Source: Sedimentisphaerales bacterium (GTDB lineage: Bacteria; Planctomycetota; Phycisphaerae; Sedimentisphaerales; Anaerobacaceae). From it: 50,571 nt of DNA. The DNA lies in contig JBAPXT010000317.1 in the NCBI GenBank assembly GCA_049284355.1, positions 1 to 50,571 of the forward strand. Direction: 5' to 3'. Shown here in pieces: positions 27,909-35,205 of the stretch. How positions within the stretch are numbered: position 1 is the first letter of the stretch; each line of letters starts with the position of its first letter. The position numbers were made by a program, and so were the translations under genes. The notes beneath the pieces are model-generated. The model was given only the letters and a program-made list of their open reading frames with translations, did no database searches and had not been told where the DNA came from.

Positions 27909-28080
27909 TTAATGTTGAATTTAATCAATGTTAAACGTGTTAAACGGATGAATCCCTTGGTGGGTTTTAAAATGAAAGGGTAACAATTATGGATAAAGGC
28001 AGTTAATGTTGAATTTAATCAGTGTTAAACAGATAAATCTCTTAATGGATTTTAGAATGAAAGGACAATAATTATGAATA
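27909..28080 (+). repeat. Tandem duplication of the oxidase 5' leader including the SD and ATG
   Basis: Copy 1 starts at 27909 and copy 2 at 28003; both begin TTAATGTTGAATTTAATCA. About 63/74 aligned positions are identical (hand count). Copy 1 has an extra 9-bp internal duplication, GTGTTAAAC. Copy 1 ends in ATGGATAAAGGCAGTTAA (27989-28006); copy 2 ends in the real ATG at 28074. Confidence 0.8.
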
Positions 28081-31000
28081 AGTACAAATTCTTGACAAGC
28101 ACGCTTTTGTTGTTGGCTGCAATTTTACTTTTCTGGGGAATTGACCAGATATGTGCGCAGTCGCCGGCAAATGTGCAATCGGATGAATCCGTGCAGTCAA
28201 CGGGTCAGCTCGAGCAGCAGAAAACAGCTTACCAGAGGAGGCAAGAAGCCCTAAAACGCCTTGAGGATGCGTTAGATGAGGGAATGGGGCCTGCGTTGAC
28301 AACCGATGAAGTTATCAATATGCCGATACGAATGGGTACAGCGACTAAGGCCGTGGTCGGTGCTGCTAAGACCGTGGTCAAAGGGTCTAAGGTGTCGGTG
28401 CCTAAAGCAGCATCTCAGGCCGCAGGGCCTTTAAGATCTTTAGCAAAAGCAGCTGTGACGCCTAATCCGCTGTATCCGGCAGGAATCGGATTTAATCCGG
28501 CAGTTGACTACACACTGCCCAACTTCTCACAAAGCCCTAACATCAGGAAATTTATGGACTCGTTGCCCGGTTTATCAGTGGCCAATAAAAACAACCTCGG
28601 TCAGTATATCCCCGTCGCAAAGGCCGATACGACAACCTATCCGGGTTCGGATTTCTACGACATCACATGTAAGCAGTTCACCGTGCAGATGCATTCGGAC
28701 CTGCCGCCGACCACGATTAGAGGATATGCACAGGTCGCGGGAACCGGCCACGGCCAGACGGCTGACCCCAATGTGAGCGCCAGCCAATACCTCGGACCGG
28801 CTGTCATTGCCAGGGTGTATAATCCGGCATTTCCGGCTGGGGACCCAAACACCGGCAATGGCAAGCCCGTGCGCATGCTGTTCCACAACCAATTGTCCCT
28901 CAGTAATCAAACCGTCGTTAACGGGGCCATGGGCCAGTCTGACACGCTGTTTCTGCCCTTAGATACAACCATTATGGGCGCCGGTATGGGCCCCACAACG
29001 GGCATAAACTACACAGATAACCGCATTTCAACTCCGCACCTCCACGGCGGACGCACCCCGTGGATAAGCGATGGCACGACCCACCAGTGGATTACCCCCG
29101 CGGGTGACACGACTCCCTACAAGAAGGGCGTAAGTGTACAGAACGTGCCTGATATGATTGGCGCAGGCAAGTCCATTGTGACGCCTGCCGCCGGTGACGG
29201 AATGACGACAGCCTACTTCTCCAACCAGCAGAGCGCCCGCCTGATGTTTTACCACGACCATGCCTATGGCATTACGCGACTTAACGTCTATGGCGGCGTG
29301 GCCGCACCTTATCTGCTCGTGGACCAGGTCGAAGACGACCTTATTGCGGGCACGAATAAATCGGGGGTCTTCACCTCTATAGGTATCACCCCAAAACAGA
29401 TATTGCCCGACCAGAACGGCCTGGACAATGGAACAGGTTTGTACCACTACGGAATTCCCCTTGTCATACAGGACAAGGCATTCGTCAACGACGCCAACGT
29501 TCCCAGTGCGGCCGCAAAAGCCGCGTTTCCGGCGGCAACTTCGGGCTATGGCCACACTTATTTTACAAGTGTTACAGACCCTCTCTGGTATTCTTATGTT
29601 AATGCCGCCGGCAAAGCGAGCGGCGCATTGTGGCTCCCGCACGAGTATATGCCTATCGAAAATATTTTTGACCCGACGGGCAACACTCCCAACGGCAGAT
29701 GGGATTACGCGCCGTTTATGATTCCTCCGATGATGCCTACGAATCTTACTCTGCCAAGCCCGACCTTAATTCCGGAGGCCTTCGGGGATACCGTTGTCGT
29801 TAACGGCTGCGCTTTCCCGTATGTCGAGCTGCCGCCCGATACCATCCGATTCAGAATTCTGGCCGCTGGCAACGACCGCGTGTTCAATCTGCAGTTGTAC
29901 AAGGCAGACCCGTTGCGTATCAACGTTACCCATGGCGGCTCCGGTTACGATGCCAATACTCTGGTGACCGTGACTGGCAACGACCCCAATGCCACATATA
30001 CGGCCAAAGCGAATGTTTCCAGGGGTGAAGTAACCGCCATCATTGTTGACAGCGTAGTGGGCAATTTCATCTATGCGCCTACGGTAAAGATTACCGGCGA
30101 CGGCACAGGCGCTAAGGCTGTAGCGACCTGGTCGCCCAATGACCCTCAGCAGTTGGGTGACGTTGTGGTTACAAACGGCGGCTCTGGTTACACTTTTGCC
30201 AACGTTACTATCAGTGGCGGCGGCGCCACAGCGACCGCTCACGCAACGGTAATTCTTGCCGGCGTTATAAAGAGCATCGACGTTACAGGCGCAGCAGGTT
30301 TCAGGTCAAATCTGGCCGCCTCTACAGTAGTAAACATAACAGACCCCAATGGTTCGGGCGCCCTTGCTACTGCCCGTGCCTGTGTCAATACGGAAGTCAA
30401 GATGGTTGACGCGTCCCCGAATCCGGCGTATCCGAGCTGGCCGGTGGATGGTCGCGACGGCGGAGTGCCTGACCCGACCACGGCAGGCCCGGACTGGATG
30501 CTGATTGGCAACGAAGGCGGATTCCTGGCGCAGGAAGTGAACCTCCCGGCGCAACCGGTGGATTACGAATACAGTCGCCAGTGCTTCCCGTTTGCGGGCG
30601 TAACCAAAAGGTCCCTGCTCCTCCTGCCGGCTCAGCGAGCGGACGTCATCGTGGATTTGCGCGGCTACAAGGACGGCGATACGCTCATTCTTTACAACGA
30701 TGCGCCTGCTCCAATGCCGGGTTTCTGGGCCAACAACGATTACTACACCGACGATCCGAACTTAGGCAATATGATGCGGCCGACGACCCCCCCGGGGTTT
30801 GGCCCCAACACACGGACCGTTATGCAGATTCGCATCAAAGGAACCAAGACATCAACGTTCAACTTCAACCCGAACGCACTTAAGACCGCCATTCCAAAGG
30901 CCTTTGCAAAATCAGATGATAAGCCCCTCGTGCCTCAATTGGCTTACAATGACGCTTTTCCGGGTTTTGCGACGAGTGATATCTATGCCCAAAGCGTTGA

Positions 31001-32759
31001 TACGACTTTGAACGTCACCGGCGCAGCCGGGCCCATTACTTTGATTAGAACTACGATGCCCGGCAACAATTATACTGTGCCTCCGAAGATTACTATCGTT
31101 GGCGGCGGCGGAAGCGGCGCAACAGCCACGGCAGGGCTTAATCCCGTTGGCGGCATTAACCTGCTTACGACCGGCAGCGGTTACACCTCGGCTCCTACTG
31201 TTACGATAGGTCCTCCTAACGGCGGTCTGGCCGGTATTCCTAACATACAGGCGACGGCCGTGGCGACCATATCGGGCGGCGGCGTTAACGCCATTAACAT
31301 CGTCGAGCCGGGTTCCAACTACAGCACCACCGTGGCACCCACGGTTACGGTTGGCGCACCGGGTGCAGGCGGCGTAGCGGCCACAGCCTCGGCAATGGTG
31401 GCAACAGCCAATACGGTCGGCTCCATCCAGCTTACTAACGGTGGCTCAGGTTACACTCATCAGCCGATGGTGTACCTGACCAACGCCAACGTCGGAGGCG
31501 CTGGCATGGGCGCTGCGGCAGTAGCGCTCATCCAGGGAGCTATACCGATGACAGGTAAGAGCATAACAGAGGGTTTCGACCCTGACTTTGGACGAATGGA
31601 CATCAGGATGGGCTCGACTCCAAACCCGCTCACGCCTTCAGTTGGCACGGGCATGGTTCTCGGCATAGCGCGTTACATTGACCCGCCGACTGAGATTGTC
31701 AACAGCGGCGAACTTACCCTCTGGCGCATTGGGCACCTGGGCGTTGATTCCCATGCCCTCCACTTCCACCTCTTTGACGTGCAGGTGGTCAACAGGGTTG
31801 ACTGGAGCAATGTTGTCAAACCGCCGTATCCGGATGAAATCGGCTGGAGAGACACCATCAGGACCAATCCGATGGAAGACATTATTGTGGCGTTCCGTCC
31901 TCATGTGCCGACTCTTCCATTCGTAGTGCCCACAAGCAACCGGCTGCTGGACCCGACGACACCGGCAGGTTCCACGGTCAACTTCCTGCCCGTAGCTCCG
32001 CCGGTAGGCGTAGCCGCAGTGGCACAGCTATCCAACGTGATGACCAACTTCGGCTGGGAGTACGTCTGGCACTGCCATATGCTGGGGCATGAAGAGAATG
32101 ACTTTATGCGTCCGCTGGTGTTGAACGTTCCGCCGCCAGTGGCGCCCACGACTCTGTCGGCCACGGCAGCCAGCAGTCCGACTACCGGCCGGCCTTCAGT
32201 CACGCTGCAGTGGGTTGATACGGATACGGCGCCCGCGGATGTTAGCATCACGATACAGAGGGCAACGAACACAGGTTTCACGACCGGCCTGACGAATACT
32301 ACGGCTGCCTTGACGAGCTTTGCGGCTGGTAACCTGGTATCGTCGTTCAAGTGGACGGACACAACGGTGGCGGCCAACACGAGATACTACTATCGAGTGT
32401 ACGCCACAAACCCGGCCGGCACGTCTGCCAATTCCAGCACGGTTAATATCCTCACACCGAGAAATACCCCGGCTGCACCTACGGCCCTGACCTTAGGCGC
32501 AAAGCCGACTACGAGGTCCATCACTCTGAGCTGGACCAATACCGCCGGAGGCGCGGCAGCCCAGACGGGCGTCGCCATCCAGCGGTCCACGAGTGCGACC
32601 TTCGCAACCGGAGTCACTACGATCAACGTTACCGGCGCGACCGTGACGTCGCGCACGATAACTGGACTGGTGGTCGGCAGAACCTACTATGCTCGTGTCG
32701 CTGCAAGAAGTGGCACCACTAATAGTGCATGGAGCAACGTGGTTTCGTGGGTTCAGTAA
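28074..32759 (+). CDS. Giant secreted multicopper oxidase (CotA/bilirubin-oxidase-like) with two GSGY-repeat insertions and two C-terminal FN3 domains
   Basis: 1561 aa with a signal-like N-terminus. All four MCO copper motifs are present: HLHGG (29037), YHDHAYGITRLNVYGG (29250), HALHFH (31752) and HCHMLGHEENDFMRP (32070). These align with B. subtilis CotA blocks as I recall them. The tail carries FN3-like repeats (YYYRVYATNPAG, TYYARVAARSG). Confidence 0.85.
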   Translation: MNKYKFLTSTLLLLAAILLFWGIDQICAQSPANVQSDESVQSTGQLEQQKTAYQRRQEALKRLEDALDEGMGPALTTDEVINMPIRMGTATKAVVGAAKTVVKGSKVSVPKAASQAAGPLRSLAKAAVTPNPLYPAGIGFNPAVDYTLPNFSQSPNIRKFMDSLPGLSVANKNNLGQYIPVAKADTTTYPGSDFYDITCKQFTVQMHSDLPPTTIRGYAQVAGTGHGQTADPNVSASQYLGPAVIARVYNPAFPAGDPNTGNGKPVRMLFHNQLSLSNQTVVNGAMGQSDTLFLPLDTTIMGAGMGPTTGINYTDNRISTPHLHGGRTPWISDGTTHQWITPAGDTTPYKKGVSVQNVPDMIGAGKSIVTPAAGDGMTTAYFSNQQSARLMFYHDHAYGITRLNVYGGVAAPYLLVDQVEDDLIAGTNKSGVFTSIGITPKQILPDQNGLDNGTGLYHYGIPLVIQDKAFVNDANVPSAAAKAAFPAATSGYGHTYFTSVTDPLWYSYVNAAGKASGALWLPHEYMPIENIFDPTGNTPNGRWDYAPFMIPPMMPTNLTLPSPTLIPEAFGDTVVVNGCAFPYVELPPDTIRFRILAAGNDRVFNLQLYKADPLRINVTHGGSGYDANTLVTVTGNDPNATYTAKANVSRGEVTAIIVDSVVGNFIYAPTVKITGDGTGAKAVATWSPNDPQQLGDVVVTNGGSGYTFANVTISGGGATATAHATVILAGVIKSIDVTGAAGFRSNLAASTVVNITDPNGSGALATARACVNTEVKMVDASPNPAYPSWPVDGRDGGVPDPTTAGPDWMLIGNEGGFLAQEVNLPAQPVDYEYSRQCFPFAGVTKRSLLLLPAQRADVIVDLRGYKDGDTLILYNDAPAPMPGFWANNDYYTDDPNLGNMMRPTTPPGFGPNTRTVMQIRIKGTKTSTFNFNPNALKTAIPKAFAKSDDKPLVPQLAYNDAFPGFATSDIYAQSVDTTLNVTGAAGPITLIRTTMPGNNYTVPPKITIVGGGGSGATATAGLNPVGGINLLTTGSGYTSAPTVTIGPPNGGLAGIPNIQATAVATISGGGVNAINIVEPGSNYSTTVAPTVTVGAPGAGGVAATASAMVATANTVGSIQLTNGGSGYTHQPMVYLTNANVGGAGMGAAAVALIQGAIPMTGKSITEGFDPDFGRMDIRMGSTPNPLTPSVGTGMVLGIARYIDPPTEIVNSGELTLWRIGHLGVDSHALHFHLFDVQVVNRVDWSNVVKPPYPDEIGWRDTIRTNPMEDIIVAFRPHVPTLPFVVPTSNRLLDPTTPAGSTVNFLPVAPPVGVAAVAQLSNVMTNFGWEYVWHCHMLGHEENDFMRPLVLNVPPPVAPTTLSATAASSPTTGRPSVTLQWVDTDTAPADVSITIQRATNTGFTTGLTNTTAALTSFAAGNLVSSFKWTDTTVAANTRYYYRVYATNPAGTSANSSTVNILTPRNTPAAPTALTLGAKPTTRSITLSWTNTAGGAAAQTGVAIQRSTSATFATGVTTINVTGATVTSRTITGLVVGRTYYARVAARSGTTNSAWSNVVSWVQ

Positions 32760-32788
32760 TGCAGTAAGCGATGTATACGTACCGTTAT

Positions 32789-32821
32789 GGAGGGCGGCGA
32801 CAACCGCCGCCCTCCTTTTTT
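32789..32821 (+). terminator. Rho-independent terminator of the oxidase gene
   Basis: GGAGGGCGGCG, loop ACAAC, CGCCGCCCTCC, followed by TTTTTT. Confidence 0.85.
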
Positions 32822-32883
32822 GCATTCCCAGGATGTATAATAATTTGGCGATATAACAATTTGAATTCATACAAGGAGAACCG

Positions 32884-33657
32884 ATGAGCAAAAAATGGAT
32901 TAATGGCATGACCATGTTGGCGGTTGGCCTTCTGGTTGTCGCGGCCGGCTGCAAGACCGTAAGTACACCGGCCGTAATGCCTGATAAGGCGGCTGTCGCA
33001 GCGCCTGCGCCGAGCGCAAAGCCAGGTTTGGTTTTAGAGACGCCCATGGACAAGATGAGCTACAGCTTAGGCGTCGAGACCGCCAAAAACTTCAAGAAGC
33101 AACAGATAGAGATAAATCTGGATGCTATGTATCAGGGAATGAAGGATGCAACGGACGGCGATAAGTTTCTTATGGACGATAAGGAACTCAATGATAGCTA
33201 CGCAATGTTTCAGTCGATGGTCAGGGCTGTCCAGATTCGGGCACGGATGAACGTAGGGTCGGACAACAAGAAAAAGGGCGCGGTCTTTTTAGAGGAAAAC
33301 AAAACAAAAGATGGCGTTGTTACCCTGCCAAGCGGGCTTCAGTATAAGATACTCAAGAAAGGCACCGGCCACAAACCGAAGGATACCGACACGGTGGAGT
33401 GCTACTACCGCGGCACCCTTATCGATGGAACAGAATTTGACAGTTCCGCTCACAGTAACAATGAAGGATTCCCGGCGATGGTCAATCTTGCGTCCTGCAT
33501 TCCCGGCTGGCGAGAGGCGATTCCGCTGATGCCGGTTGGTTCCAAATGGCAGCTTTTCATCCCGCCGGAGCTCGCCTACGGGATTAATAGTTCGGGACGT
33601 TATATCGGGCCCAATGCCACGCTCATCTTCGAAGTGGAATTAGTTGCAATTAAGTGA
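32884..33657 (+). CDS. FKBP-type peptidyl-prolyl isomerase lipoprotein (Mip/FkpA-like)
   Basis: 257 aa. The lipobox is LLVVAAGC. The C-terminal FKBP domain shows VTLPSGLQYKILKKGTG, YRGTLIDGTEFDSS and LIFEVELVAIK. AAGGAG SD is present. Confidence 0.9.
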   Translation: MSKKWINGMTMLAVGLLVVAAGCKTVSTPAVMPDKAAVAAPAPSAKPGLVLETPMDKMSYSLGVETAKNFKKQQIEINLDAMYQGMKDATDGDKFLMDDKELNDSYAMFQSMVRAVQIRARMNVGSDNKKKGAVFLEENKTKDGVVTLPSGLQYKILKKGTGHKPKDTDTVECYYRGTLIDGTEFDSSAHSNNEGFPAMVNLASCIPGWREAIPLMPVGSKWQLFIPPELAYGINSSGRYIGPNATLIFEVELVAIK

Positions 33658-33704
33658 ACAGCAAGGCGTAGATAATGCCACCGAAAGGCCAATATTTACA
33701 AGTA

Positions 33705-33777
<73 letters not shown>

Positions 33778-33835
33778 TTTCAATGTTTAAACCGGGCTGT
33801 ATCGGGACTCGAATTTAGCAGAAAAAACCGATACT

Positions 33836-33875
33836 GCAAGAAAATTAAAGGCATACCGCACGAAAATCTGCCTTT
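33836..33875 (-). terminator. Hairpin plus U-rich tract after the GAF-like gene
   Basis: AAAGGCA (33847-33853) pairs with TGCCTTT (33869-33875). On the minus strand it is followed by TTAATTTTCTT. Confidence 0.4.
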
Positions 33876-33882
33876 ATGAGGA

Positions 33883-34560
33883 TTAGTCCACACGGGGATT
33901 TGAAATTGGTGTTTTAATGCCGGCAAAATTCTTAATCGGCCGGCCTTTGGATGGCTGGCAGGAGGCAATCGCTCGCGACAGCCCCGGCGATATTGCTGCT
34001 ATGTTGTTCAGCTCGTCAGCGGTTAGTTTGTTTTGCGATGACCGGTAAATCAGTATAAAACCCAGGGGCGGACCGAATTGGCTGAGGGGGATTGTAGCGG
34101 CTGAGATTTCATTTAGCCGGTTTAAATTGCCTGCCAGACCCATCGCAAACATATCTTCCATAGTGCAAATCTTGTTCGACTTGCTGATGGCATCCACCAC
34201 CTCCGCCGTGAAACAATTCTCCAGCCCTTGTTTTTCCAGCAGTATCGGCCGCGTGCTTTCGAATATATGCAGTTCGAAGTTTTCCGCTTGACGCAGGAAG
34301 AAGGTAACATTTGCATCGTTTGTTTCGTCTTTGATGAGTTTGCTGGTGAGCAGGATTAGGTTGCTCAGGTCGGTTATCCCCAGAATTGCTTCGTAGAAAT
34401 TCGCTGTAAGGCGGATGGTATCTAATCTTTTGATAAACTCTCGCTGTTCTGCAATCAGGTCATTGCAGAGTATATCTGTTTTTTTCGCCTGCCTTTTGCG
34501 CTCTTTGTTGAGACTGCTGATGAGCAGACGTAATCTTCTGTATCGTTCCTTATGGTCCAT
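33883..34560 (-). CDS. Hypothetical protein (N-terminal basic coiled coil plus GAF-like C-terminal region)
   Basis: 225 aa. The GAF-like call rests only on size and secondary-structure-like pattern. I recognise no diagnostic motif. Confidence 0.45.
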   Translation of the reverse strand: MDHKERYRRLRLLISSLNKERKRQAKKTDILCNDLIAEQREFIKRLDTIRLTANFYEAILGITDLSNLILLTSKLIKDETNDANVTFFLRQAENFELHIFESTRPILLEKQGLENCFTAEVVDAISKSNKICTMEDMFAMGLAGNLNRLNEISAATIPLSQFGPPLGFILIYRSSQNKLTADELNNIAAISPGLSRAIASCQPSKGRPIKNFAGIKTPISNPRVD

Positions 34561-35205
34561 TAGTCCCTGCCTCTCGATAGTTAAGTTTACGATAGCTCCC
34601 GCATTAAAAATCGGCTTAACAAAAAGCCGGCTTTAAAACCAAAACCCCCTTGTCACGTGGCCCTATAAGTAGTCGGTTATCGGTTCTTAGCGTGGTTGAT
34701 TTTATGTTTACAAAAGTGTGCGCACCGGCTTGTTTGTATTTTCGGACTTATATTTGAGCTGTATTCGATTGCGGGAAAATAAAAAGGGAGACTTGGGCTT
34801 TTTATATTGCTTTTCATCGCCCGTCTCCCATGTTGCGATGTTCCTTTATTGGCTTATCTGCCGTTTATTTGGTTTATGGCTTAATCGCCTTCGCAACATC
34901 TGTAATATACCAAAAAACCACCGCCCCAGTCAAATATAAAATAGTACTTTTTGCTTTTTTATTTTCCGCAATTTTATCGCAAATTTCTTATATATTTAAC
35001 CCCTTGGCCTGCTGAGAGGTTTTATTTTTATTGCTGTTTCCTTTTTATTTACCCCCAATTCTCCAATTCGCTAATTCCCTTGGGAAACTTAATGCGAGAG
35101 AGTTATAGTTTTGAACCTTGCCCATTTCACTTCCTTTGTTTACAATACCCTTATCTCTAAAATTTACCGGAAAACGAGGATTTATACCAATGGCGGAGAA
35201 ATTGC

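Noticed and set aside
27690-27983. A 97-aa ORF spanning the Zn-ribbon B 3' end, the motif region and leader copy 1.
   Set aside because: It overlaps the better-supported Zn-ribbon gene out of frame and runs through obviously regulatory repeats. It has no convincing start with an SD; at best there is an internal TTG.
29028-33053. Long antisense ORFs within the oxidase gene (29028..29642, 29766..30242, 31901..32380, 32493..33053).
   Set aside because: GC-rich coding DNA commonly yields long antisense ORFs. The plus-strand frame carries all MCO motifs and FN3 repeats.
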